From a virus, in the IMG/VR virus record IMGVR_UViG_3300008050_000019: DNA of 64,000 bases, one strand, 5' to 3'. A program made the position numbers and the translations under genes. Below are positions 34,867-45,073 of the stretch, in pieces; within the stretch, counting starts at the first letter, position 1; the number at the start of each line of letters is the position of its first letter. The notes beneath the pieces are model-generated. The model made no database searches, was not told the origin of the DNA, and was given only the letters and a program-made list of their open reading frames with translations.

Positions 34867-36171
34867 TTACTCCGTTACTTCATTGTCTTCAGCAGTTTCG
34901 GTTGCCGGTTCAGCATCACCGTCAGTAAGAAGGTGCTTTTTTGCTAGGTCTGCGATGCCGGGCATCTTTTCCCCGATCTTTGTCGTAGCCAACATCCGCA
35001 TAAAGTGTGGACCGGCTTCAGGGTAGAAAACCTTGGCGTTGTTAAGGCTCGAGTTAATGATGCCGTTGAATAGTACAAAGCTAATTTCATCAGGTAATGT
35101 CTTCATTACGAATGCAAGGTTCTTTGCTTGCGGAACCGTTAGAGCGAGATCATCTTTCTCAACGTAAGCATTAAGCTTGTCTACAAGCGAAACAGACTCT
35201 TCTGGACGCAGTGCCTTAATTCTCTTCTCAGCGCGGTGCGCATCCTTAAGTAGCTCCTCAGGAGTGAGGATTGCATCTTGTTGCTCCATGAATTGGCTAA
35301 ATGCTCGAGCTGGAGTCGCACCGACGAAGCCCTTCATTACAGCATAAATAATATCCGGTTGTTGATCGATAAGACGACCTAGATTTCCGCGATTACGGAT
35401 AAGATGGTCACTTACCTTATGCCAGGAACGACGAGATGGTGTAATTTCCGTAGCATCCATCTGGGCCGCTTTTTCTGGTTTAACTTCAAAATGGCCTTCA
35501 TTACACTGCGAAATAAAGTCAATGACTTCATTACAAACCCACTGATTTCCGTACATCTCTCTTTGCTCATCGGTCATCCCTTCAGATGAGCGGCCCCAGT
35601 CCGTCCAATCTTTGAGATCAGGTTCAAGATCTGCAACCCAGAACCGATCGATGAATGCAGGATCCATCTGCGTAACATTATACTCCTTAGAGAAATTTAC
35701 AGCTGCGATGATCCGTGTTCCTTCATGGACCGTACGCCCATTTAGGCGGCCTTTCTCAACAAGCTCGAATGCAGCATTCTGCACTTCAGGTGTGCCACGG
35801 TTAATTTCATCAAGAAATAGTACGCAAGGCCGAAGTTGAGCCTCGAGAAACCAGTCAGGTGGAAGAAATTTCGTAACACGAAACCCACCAAGCTCCTCGT
35901 CATACTCAGACATCATCATTTGTTCGGACGTTAGGCCATCCTTAGGTGACTTTACCGCACCCCTGTCAGGAAGACCAATAATATCACCCTCGCTTAGCTG
36001 CGATACACGGCGTTCAATAACCGGAAGATTACCCCAAACCCGCGCCATTTGATAAGCAATTGCTGATTTACCGATTCCATGGGCCCCACGAATAAGTGCC
36101 GATTGGCGAGTGTCAAGAAATTTAAGTGCGTCAACCAGTCCACGGACTGTATAAGAAGATACTGCTGCCAT
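34867..36171 (-). CDS. MoxR/AAA_5-type AAA+ ATPase
   Basis: Walker A GAHGIGKSA, Walker B plus MoxR-type VLFLDEINRGTPEVQNAAFELV. Confidence 0.85.
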   Translation of the reverse strand: MAAVSSYTVRGLVDALKFLDTRQSALIRGAHGIGKSAIAYQMARVWGNLPVIERRVSQLSEGDIIGLPDRGAVKSPKDGLTSEQMMMSEYDEELGGFRVTKFLPPDWFLEAQLRPCVLFLDEINRGTPEVQNAAFELVEKGRLNGRTVHEGTRIIAAVNFSKEYNVTQMDPAFIDRFWVADLEPDLKDWTDWGRSSEGMTDEQREMYGNQWVCNEVIDFISQCNEGHFEVKPEKAAQMDATEITPSRRSWHKVSDHLIRNRGNLGRLIDQQPDIIYAVMKGFVGATPARAFSQFMEQQDAILTPEELLKDAHRAEKRIKALRPEESVSLVDKLNAYVEKDDLALTVPQAKNLAFVMKTLPDEISFVLFNGIINSSLNNAKVFYPEAGPHFMRMLATTKIGEKMPGIADLAKKHLLTDGDAEPATETAEDNEVTE

Positions 36172-36214
36172 TTTTTTCCTTTGTTAAAAACCATCTTGGT
36201 TGGATGATTTATTT

Positions 36215-36241
36215 TATTACGACGAAATTACATATAACACA
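36215..36241 (-). promoter_or_regulatory. promoter-like motif, proximal copy (minus sense ATGTGT-N17-TAATAA)
   Basis: TATTACG at 36215-36221, TAACACA at 36235-36241, about 44 nt upstream of the MoxR ATG. Confidence 0.45.
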
Positions 36242-36299
36242 TTTAATTTTCAATAATTTTGAAAGTGTTATATGATATATGCATTCCGTCCTTTTATAA

Positions 36300-36326
36300 T
36301 ATTACGTTAGAGTCTCAATTAACACA
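36300..36326 (-). promoter_or_regulatory. promoter-like motif, middle copy (CTGTGT-N17-TAATAT)
   Basis: TATTACG at 36300-36306, TAACACA at 36320-36326. Confidence 0.45.
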
Positions 36327-36385
36327 GTTAATTTTCAATGAATTATCAAAAATTTCTTTATTAATTGACTCCACCCTTTTTATAG

Positions 36386-36412
36386 TATTACGATGAAATC
36401 GCAATTAACACA
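36386..36412 (-). promoter_or_regulatory. promoter-like motif, distal copy (TTGTGT-N17-TAATAC)
   Basis: TATTACG at 36386-36392, TAACACA at 36406-36412. Confidence 0.45.
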
Positions 36413-36430
36413 AAAAAATAACGTATTATA

Positions 36431-36721
36431 TTATACTTTTTTCTTGCGTGAAACCCTTTTCTTTTTTACCGGGGCTGTAACAGGCTTCTGCACCAGTACA
36501 TCAACTAGTGTTTGTTTGGCAGGCTCATGAAGTAACTGCTTCTCTTTAAAATACGCAGAAACCTTAGCTTTCTCTATAAGTGTCAATTCAAGGCTTGCGC
36601 TCTGAAAATGTGCTAGTGCCGATGATATCGAGTCGAATTTTTTTGCACGTATATACGACTCTATGCTCATTTTCTTCCTTAAAAGAAAATCATTAAGTTT
36701 AGTTCCCATTTTGTTCTCCAA
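36431..36721 (-). CDS. hypothetical protein with basic C-terminus
   Basis: ORF track, KKKRVSRKKKV tail. Confidence 0.55.
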   Translation of the reverse strand: MENKMGTKLNDFLLRKKMSIESYIRAKKFDSISSALAHFQSASLELTLIEKAKVSAYFKEKQLLHEPAKQTLVDVLVQKPVTAPVKKKRVSRKKKV

Positions 36722-36980
36722 TTTGCATTGTGTCTTGCAAAAGTTCAGCTATAGACTTTTGAAAGTTCGGGTCTTGCGCTAATTTTGACGCGTCGCCCTC
36801 TACATTATAATAGTTCATAAGTTTAATAGCAAACTTCTCCATCGTACGTAGAATGCTATTGCGTACAGTAGAGTGACCAATGATAGTCCCAGCTGCTGTC
36901 ATATGCAAAGCTATCATTCTATAATCCATGCAGTCTTTTAGCGAAGTTGATATGGTTGAATACGTACTATCATTTTTCAT
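36699..36980 (-). CDS. hypothetical protein
   Basis: ORF track. Confidence 0.55.
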   Translation of the reverse strand: MKNDSTYSTISTSLKDCMDYRMIALHMTAAGTIIGHSTVRNSILRTMEKFAIKLMNYYNVEGDASKLAQDPNFQKSIAELLQDTMQIGEQNGN

Positions 36981-37155
36981 CTTTCTTTTTCTCGTCTTTA
37001 TTTTTGTTTTCTGGCCAATAACCTTTCTCTTTAAGAACTGACACGCTAAACTTTACTGTTTCAGTTGCTGCGTCTAACGCGACCTTTACAACAAAAGTCT
37101 CTGCTGCCTTTACAGCAAGCTTTTTTGCTAAATCGCCGAAAATAACATTAAGCAC
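36970..37155 (-). CDS. hypothetical protein
   Basis: ORF track. Its start overlaps the sigma gene stop by 8 nt. Confidence 0.45.
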   Translation of the reverse strand: MLNVIFGDLAKKLAVKAAETFVVKVALDAATETVKFSVSVLKEKGYWPENKNKDEKKKDEK

Positions 37156-37999
37156 ATGAAGCCTTCATCTTCTCTAACTCTTTAGAGGAGATTGGAAACT
37201 TTTTATGATCTTTTGGATTTTCCGTTAAACCAAATCTCATTCTAAGTATCTTTTCTTCTCTAGGGTTTAGTGAGTTTAAAACCCCAGATAAGAGAGCAGT
37301 AAGTTCTTTTTTATTAATTAAATCAAGTGGGGATTCTGAGTCGACGTCTTCTATTACATCTTTTAATGTTCTTGAGTCAGCGCCATCTGAGCCAATGGGC
37401 TTATCAATAGATACCAGCAAAGGAATACCTGAAATTGCTGATTGGACTGTCGTTTCAGTCACCCCTATTATCGATGCAAGCTCGGCGCAGGTAGGTTCTT
37501 GTGCATGCAGTTCAATGAATTCATCACGTGCCAATTGTATTCGAACGTAAACGTCAGTAACCCTACCAGAGGTCTTTATCTGCTTACTTTGTGATGCAAC
37601 TTCGCGCCCGATATTTTGGCGAATCCACCAAGTTGCATATGTTGAGAATCTAAACCCTTTTCTCCAATCAAATAACTCAGTAGCTCTGATTAAACCAATA
37701 TTGCCTGCTGCGATTAAGTCATCAAGACTGCAGCCTCTATTTTGGAACCTTTTTGCTATCGAGACAACTAAGCGTAAGTTAGATTCTATCATCTTATTCT
37801 TAGCTCTTGATTTCTCACTTTTGCTAATTGCTTTTGAAGATTCTATTCTTATTTCGCCATCAGGCTCTCTTGTATATTTAACATCCTCAAAGCCCTCAAT
37901 TTTTTGAGAAAGAATAATTTCTTGTTCTTTTGTAAGCAAAGGTCTTTTACCAATCTGTTTAAGATAAAATCCTACGCCACCACTATCTTGTTTAGCCAC
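37148..37999 (-). CDS. sigma-70 family RNA polymerase sigma factor (region 4.2 apparently missing)
   Basis: Region 2 NLRLVVSIAKRF...DLIAAGNIGLIRATELFDWRKGFRFSTYATWWIRQ and region 4.1 EKILRMRFGL are present. The sequence ends 25 aa later without the TRERIRQIE-type recognition helix. Confidence 0.85.
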   Translation of the reverse strand: MAKQDSGGVGFYLKQIGKRPLLTKEQEIILSQKIEGFEDVKYTREPDGEIRIESSKAISKSEKSRAKNKMIESNLRLVVSIAKRFQNRGCSLDDLIAAGNIGLIRATELFDWRKGFRFSTYATWWIRQNIGREVASQSKQIKTSGRVTDVYVRIQLARDEFIELHAQEPTCAELASIIGVTETTVQSAISGIPLLVSIDKPIGSDGADSRTLKDVIEDVDSESPLDLINKKELTALLSGVLNSLNPREEKILRMRFGLTENPKDHKKFPISSKELEKMKASCA

Positions 38000-38017
38000 T
38001 ATTTCAAATTTTCCTGC

Positions 38018-38476
38018 TTAACCCTTTCTTAAAAGTGCTTTCTTTAATTGTTGCTTTTGCTTTTCTTCTTTTTTTCTTAAAATTTCTCTTGACTTAGCCT
38101 TTGATTTTTCAATATTAGCCTGTAATCTTTGCTGTGTAGATTTTTGTAGTTCAATCTTTGCATATGGTGCTACTTTAACTGCATATGCAAAGATTGCAGT
38201 CTTATCTATAAGAGAAACAAGAGTGTCATATGCAACACGATAAATTTCTTCTGTTTTTTCTATTTCAAGCAACCTTTTTTCGAAGGTTGCTTGTATAGTA
38301 AATGTCGCGTCTATTCTCAGCTGAGTTTGCTTTATACCCTGCGCTTGCGATAGCGCAGTTTGTCTGTAAGAATACGTGTCATTTGTCGCGTTGAATGCCC
38401 ATTGTGACACAAGATCCAAATTATCATCTAATGCTTGTATTTGTAACAATTCTTTTGGTTCTTTTATTCCATACAC
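38018..38476 (-). CDS. hypothetical coiled-coil protein
   Basis: ORF track. Confidence 0.6.
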   Translation of the reverse strand: MYGIKEPKELLQIQALDDNLDLVSQWAFNATNDTYSYRQTALSQAQGIKQTQLRIDATFTIQATFEKRLLEIEKTEEIYRVAYDTLVSLIDKTAIFAYAVKVAPYAKIELQKSTQQRLQANIEKSKAKSREILRKKEEKQKQQLKKALLRKG

Positions 38477-38517
38477 GATATGTTAATATTAACATTATAT
38501 TTTTTGCATTTACACGT

Positions 38518-38877
38518 TTATATTTCTTTTATAAAAACAAACACCCTGCCACGTTCATTCCTTAAACCATTTGTGTCTCTAAATTCTCTAGCGACAGAAG
38601 AAGAAATTTCCATCACTATACCTTCATTTTTTGCAAAGATACCAGCAGCATTCTTTGCAAAATCCCTCTTCAGACTAGGGATTTTGCTTAATGCCGATGT
38701 GCCTCGCTTCTTATATAACAATGCATACTTTATTACTTTTTGATGATCACCGGTAGGCATAGGATTACAAATATCAACGTAATTAATCCCATCTATTTTA
38801 TCATCTTCTTGTAAAGAATCATATGCTTCACCCGACGATGATCCAAATGCAATGGAGCAAACTATATTTTTGTTCAT
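38518..38877 (-). CDS. hypothetical protein
   Basis: ORF track. The antisense ORF 38480..38743 is rejected. Confidence 0.6.
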   Translation of the reverse strand: MNKNIVCSIAFGSSSGEAYDSLQEDDKIDGINYVDICNPMPTGDHQKVIKYALLYKKRGTSALSKIPSLKRDFAKNAAGIFAKNEGIVMEISSSVAREFRDTNGLRNERGRVFVFIKEI

Positions 38878-39160
38878 TGTTATATTATTCTCTATTTAGT
38901 TTTTAAGTTTAAATTGAGTAATCTTTTATTAACTCGCTTGTATTAGAACCATATGTCCAAATTTGTCCTGAGATCCATTAGCAAAAAATTCGCTAAATGG
39001 CTACTACCATATTATGCGTCTGAGTATCTATTTTGGCGAATTTGAATATCATGGAAAATATACAACTCGAACATGTGCAAGATTAATCCTGCTCTTTTCT
39101 GGATGATTTTATATCATCACTAGGATGGTAATAGGTTAAAAATTACGATGAACTAGTAAT

Positions 39161-39442
39161 TCAATCAAGTTGTGATACTAACTCAATGTCTATAACTTCA
39201 ATGCTACGAGTTTCACCCATAGGCATCTTTTTAATGAGACCTCTTTTACCATCCCCGTTTTCTTCGTCGACACCTAAAAATAGAAAGTACGTGCCCTTCT
39301 CGATGGGTACTGCTCCTTTAAACCAATCGTATGGGTGTTTTTCCTTTCCTTCATCATTTCCAAAAATAAACCCGTCTGATCGTGAAACTAAATCTTTAAC
39401 TGTCATAACCATATCGCCAAGTCTAAAACTACTTTTTACCAT
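39161..39442 (-). CDS. GDL-family small protein
   Basis: FRLGDMVMTV motif. Confidence 0.55.
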   Translation of the reverse strand: MVKSSFRLGDMVMTVKDLVSRSDGFIFGNDEGKEKHPYDWFKGAVPIEKGTYFLFLGVDEENGDGKRGLIKKMPMGETRSIEVIDIELVSQLD

Positions 39443-39680
39443 CGCCTTTTTTTGCCTTTTTTAAGAAAAGAATATCTTCTCGTGATATTTTTTCTATTCT
39501 ATTATCTACATAGACGTTGCAGAAGGGTCCATGAGCCCATACATCATAACGTCTATGAAATGTCATGTTTGTTTTACCAGAATTAAAACCCTCTTGTAAC
39601 GAGAGAATTATTCCTATTTTATTTAATGATGATATCACAATAAGATCACCAATTTCATATAAAGTTTTATCTACACACAT
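39429..39680 (-). CDS. GDL-family small protein
   Basis: YEIGDLIVIS motif. Confidence 0.55.
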   Translation of the reverse strand: MCVDKTLYEIGDLIVISSLNKIGIILSLQEGFNSGKTNMTFHRRYDVWAHGPFCNVYVDNRIEKISREDILFLKKAKKGDGKK

Positions 39681-41532
39681 TTGAAAAAATTCCCCTTAGA
39701 ATGTTTGTGTATCGGGACGCATTTAGAGGATATAGTTCTATCAATCTTGCCACATCATTAAAGACTATAGAATCCCATTGCAGAAAGAACTGTGTTTGTG
39801 TTATTATATACATTTCGTATGCATCCCCTGGTGTGCATATACCTACACCACAGTTGCTCGTATTTAGCGCTACATCACTTTCATTGAACCCAGCAACTGT
39901 CTGGGCTGCTTCGTCTGTAATAAGAATGATGTAAGGGTATGCCCCTGTTGATGTTACAGTAGATTCTCTCCAATTGATAAGTGCTGGATTTGTGCTGTTC
40001 GCTAAATCATGAACTACATCGTATGAAGGCTCTACACCTGGATATGATGCGGTAAGATTGTTCAATGCTGCAGAAAATACAGTAAAATCAACGAGATTTA
40101 CTAGTACATTATAATTATCTCTTCTACCAGGAAATACAACTAAACCAAACCTATGTTCTGTCCCTTGAAAGTCTGCAACATAATTACTTATCCCTGCTTG
40201 CAGAGCGAACATAGCTTGTGTCATTGAACCTGAGCCATCTATCACAAAAATTATATCTACCTTATCATGTGGTGTAAGATCCTCATCGATGAGCCCATCA
40301 CAGTCATTGTCAACCCCATCACAAGATTCTTGCTCAGGATAAACTGGTCCAATGCAGCTTGACCAAATGCCTGAAGTGCATGTTCTCTCGCCTAAAACGC
40401 ATTGTCCGATACCAGCCGTAGCAGGATCTCCGCATGCGTCTGTTAACTCATCGATTGTGCCGTCGCAATCATCATCCCAGTTATTACACACTTCGGGCTC
40501 GGTAGCAAAAGAATAACATGTACCCCATACACCATTAGAATCGCATATTGAAATGCCGGTACCGCAATTGATAAGCTCTCCCGTAGCGTGATCTAAGACA
40601 TTTTGTCGGCATACTCTAGCGTCACCGACTGTACATGCACAATCTTCATCGATTATCCCATCACAGTCATTATCAAAACCATCACATATTTCTCGTACTG
40701 GTTTTCTAGCATTACACCCTATCCAGTTGCCCACGTTGCAACTTTCTATACCACTTTCACATGAGGTTCTGCATAACCTCTCAAGCCCTTCATCAATTGC
40801 ACCATTACAGTCATTATCAAAACCATCGCAAATTTCAGGCGAAGGGTGTACAGCACCAACGCAATATGTTTCTTCTGATGTACATATTTGAGTGCCAAGT
40901 TGACACAAACCAACTTCACTTGACGGGCCGCATGAATCTAAAATTTCTTCGTCAGTAATACCATCACAATTATTATCAAAACCATCGCAAGTTTCTGGTG
41001 TCGGCAAAATAACGCCTGTACATTGTCCCCACACACCATGAGTACACCTTTGTTTTCCAGTTCTGCAAACGCTAGGGCTAATATAACTGTCGACAGCTGG
41101 ACCAGTCCAGCAATCCCGTGAATAATTGTCAATTACACCATTACAGTCATTATCAAAACCATCGCAGATTTCTATCCCGCCTGGGTTTATTTCGGCTATA
41201 TTGTCGTTACAATCGTTATCACAAGAGTTGTAGCCATCACCATCACCATCATGTCCTTCGTCAACTAAACCATCGCAGTCATTGTCCAAACCATCACAGA
41301 TTTCATTAACTTGTCCGATGAACCCTTCACAAAATGCCATTTCATTTTTAGCATCGCATGAAGTAATCCCCTTTTGGCAAGTGCCAATAGAATCTTTAAG
41401 ATTATCTGTTATTATTTTTCCGTTATTTATTATACACGGGCGTGGGGACTGACATACTCTCGATAAGTTATCATCTTCACATGCAGCAATAAAAAGCAGG
41501 GAGATAGATAAAAGTATATATTTCAACTTCAT
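39667..41532 (-). CDS. secreted lipoprotein with 7-8 MopE-type CDGxDNDCDGxxDE modules and a C-terminal VWA domain
   Basis: Signal peptide plus lipobox LLFIAAC. Modules CDGLDNDCDGLVDE, CDGFDNDCNGVIDN, CDGFDNNCDGITDE and others. VWA MIDAS VIDGSGSM. Confidence 0.8.
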   Translation of the reverse strand: MKLKYILLSISLLFIAACEDDNLSRVCQSPRPCIINNGKIITDNLKDSIGTCQKGITSCDAKNEMAFCEGFIGQVNEICDGLDNDCDGLVDEGHDGDGDGYNSCDNDCNDNIAEINPGGIEICDGFDNDCNGVIDNYSRDCWTGPAVDSYISPSVCRTGKQRCTHGVWGQCTGVILPTPETCDGFDNNCDGITDEEILDSCGPSSEVGLCQLGTQICTSEETYCVGAVHPSPEICDGFDNDCNGAIDEGLERLCRTSCESGIESCNVGNWIGCNARKPVREICDGFDNDCDGIIDEDCACTVGDARVCRQNVLDHATGELINCGTGISICDSNGVWGTCYSFATEPEVCNNWDDDCDGTIDELTDACGDPATAGIGQCVLGERTCTSGIWSSCIGPVYPEQESCDGVDNDCDGLIDEDLTPHDKVDIIFVIDGSGSMTQAMFALQAGISNYVADFQGTEHRFGLVVFPGRRDNYNVLVNLVDFTVFSAALNNLTASYPGVEPSYDVVHDLANSTNPALINWRESTVTSTGAYPYIILITDEAAQTVAGFNESDVALNTSNCGVGICTPGDAYEMYIITQTQFFLQWDSIVFNDVARLIELYPLNASRYTNILRGIFSNVCR

Positions 41533-41570
41533 ATATACTAACGTATATACGAAAAGTACCTATACGTTAA

Positions 41571-41741
41571 TTAACTGTGTGTATCTTCTGTTGATTGCTC
41601 TGTTTTTTTCCTAAGCATTGAAACTACGGTAGCTAGGACAACTGTAAGAGCTAGGAAAAAACTGCCTGTACCAAATTGCCCAATGCCAAATGATATAGCA
41701 GAAAGGATACAATATATAATCATCGCTGGATAAATAATCAT
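41571..41741 (-). CDS. 56-aa membrane micro-protein (below track cutoff)
   Basis: MIIYPAMIIYCILSAISFGIGQFGTGSFFLALTVVLATVVSMLRKK.... ATGA overlap with the upstream micro-ORF. Confidence 0.4.
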   Translation of the reverse strand: MIIYPAMIIYCILSAISFGIGQFGTGSFFLALTVVLATVVSMLRKKTEQSTEDTHS

Positions 41742-41905
41742 AATTCGATCCTAATAATTTTAGATTCTTCTGGTGTTCTATCTTCTATAGGTTCATCATC
41801 ACAGGGTAATGGAATTTGTATATATAACCGTTGTGGTTGCTCTTTCTGCTCTTCGCGAAGTTTGCTTAATGCATCAATTAACCATGCTGGTGTATAATTA
41901 CTCAT
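41738..41905 (-). CDS. 55-aa hypothetical protein (below track cutoff)
   Basis: MSNYTPAWLIDALSKLREEQKEQ.... AGGA lies 7 nt upstream of the ATG. Confidence 0.4.
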   Translation of the reverse strand: MSNYTPAWLIDALSKLREEQKEQPQRLYIQIPLPCDDEPIEDRTPEESKIIRIEL

Positions 41906-41948
41906 ATTGTGTCCTAATAATATTATTACTATATGTTAACATAGTACA

Positions 41949-42233
41949 CTAGCGACGAGCACTAATTTTACCCTTTATTTCGCCTAATTTTCCAATTATT
42001 ATGATGTTTTGTTCAACAATTCTTTCTAATTTTTCGTCTTGCTTAGCAACGTCTTTTTCCAAATTAGCGATTCGTGCTTCAAGGACTCGCCCGTCTTCTC
42101 TAGAAAGATAATTCTTGGCGCCCATATCATTAACATAAGCAATGGCACCACCAGTTGCTATTACTATCGCAACTATCCAGCTCCCGAAATTCTTAAAGAG
42201 CGTTAGTGTATTATAGGACGTCATCTTGGGCAT
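41949..42233 (-). CDS. N-terminal TM plus coiled-coil protein (i-spanin-like architecture)
   Basis: TM WIVAIVIATGGAIAYV followed by a heptad-like segment. Confidence 0.5.
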   Translation of the reverse strand: MPKMTSYNTLTLFKNFGSWIVAIVIATGGAIAYVNDMGAKNYLSREDGRVLEARIANLEKDVAKQDEKLERIVEQNIIIIGKLGEIKGKISARR

Positions 42234-42492
42234 CTAGTATTTCCTCTATTTCCTCTATTTCCTTTAAAATCTCTTTTGTTTGGCTGCGAGCATGCTGTGT
42301 GGCATTAGCTGTTTGTGGCACATCAATTTGGAGTGTTCTTCTTGCCATCACGTAACTATTTTTATGTTCCTGAGTATATTGGTATGTTTGTGCAATATTA
42401 ATCTGGTTCAACGCTTCCGACTCCGGGTGTCCTTTGTCACATGAGACTATAGGTAAGACAAGCAAGACGATTGTTAGTATTTTATAACGCAC
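42211..42492 (-). CDS. small lipoprotein (o-spanin-like architecture)
   Basis: Lipobox LLVLPIVSC. Overlaps the next gene by 23 nt. Confidence 0.5.
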   Translation of the reverse strand: MRYKILTIVLLVLPIVSCDKGHPESEALNQINIAQTYQYTQEHKNSYVMARRTLQIDVPQTANATQHARSQTKEILKEIEEIEEILDAQDDVL

Positions 42493-42533
42493 TAATATAT
42501 CCTGATAATAAGTAGTAAGCCTTATTGATTTGG

Positions 42534-43199
42534 TTAATTTATATGCACAAAAGAGCCGAATCGGTCTTTTATTAATAGCTCCAATTCGCCCTTTTCAATA
42601 AGAGGATGAATCACAGACAAGTAGCTATCGCCCTTTTTTGTTACTTCATCACTAAATGTTGCAGCATTATTAAGTGTTAACCAATTAAGAGCTAATTTAA
42701 GATCATTGGCATAAGCAGCAGTCATATTGACCGCTTTGCTAACTGATTCTCGTAAACCATGACGTCGCCGTTGTTTCTGTGCTGCAGAACTAGTAGTAAT
42801 AACAGACTCAGCCCAAGCTAATCCAGGTCGTAGGTGTGGAATCGCAATATTCTTAGCCGAAGAAATAGAAATCCACTTTGAAGAAGCGTGCTCGTATTTC
42901 TTTGTATGTGGATTCTTTGATATTTTTGCAGGCTGTATAGTAACACCAATGAACAATATAGTCTTTGTGCCATTATGACTTATCATACCCCACGGAAATT
43001 TTACATTAGAAATGCCAGCTTCTTCTTGTGTTTCTCGGGCTGCTGCACCAAATGCATCTTCTCCAGGGTCAATTTTCCCCTTGGGTAAGTCCCACCTTCC
43101 ATCGTGCGTTTTTAAGCATAGCACATGAGGCTTGTTTTTCAAAAACTTAATAAGTACAATGCCTGCGCTCTTTGTTTTAAACGCTTCTAAAAGGTTCAT
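42534..43199 (-). CDS. Nudix hydrolase with extra C-terminal domain
   Basis: Complete Nudix box GKIDPGEDAFGAAARETQEEAGI. Confidence 0.8.
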   Translation of the reverse strand: MNLLEAFKTKSAGIVLIKFLKNKPHVLCLKTHDGRWDLPKGKIDPGEDAFGAAARETQEEAGISNVKFPWGMISHNGTKTILFIGVTIQPAKISKNPHTKKYEHASSKWISISSAKNIAIPHLRPGLAWAESVITTSSAAQKQRRRHGLRESVSKAVNMTAAYANDLKLALNWLTLNNAATFSDEVTKKGDSYLSVIHPLIEKGELELLIKDRFGSFVHIN

Positions 43200-43212
43200 A
43201 CTTATTAAGTAT

Positions 43213-45031
<1,819 letters not shown>

Positions 45032-45073
45032 GTTACAAACTATAATACATAAATATGCGTGTTTGTATCATGT

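Larger units (their letters stand above)
36199..36430. repeat. three tandem 85-86 bp intergenic repeats (third truncated)
   Basis: Units start at about 36199, 36284 and 36370. Each carries TATTACG-N13-TAACACA. Units 1 and 2 also share TTAATTTTCAAT. Confidence 0.85.

Noticed and set aside
36199-36430. The tandem repeats considered as a mini CRISPR array
   Set aside because: There are only three units with an 85-86 bp period. The would-be spacer parts are themselves partly conserved, there is no cas gene, and each unit has promoter-like geometry.
40761-41309. His-rich plus-strand ORFs (HHYSHYQNHR-type repeats) that look like metal-binding peptides
   Set aside because: They are the antisense reading of the repeated GAT/TGT/GAC-rich codons of the CDGxDNDCDG lipoprotein gene. 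Their periodicity simply mirrors that gene.
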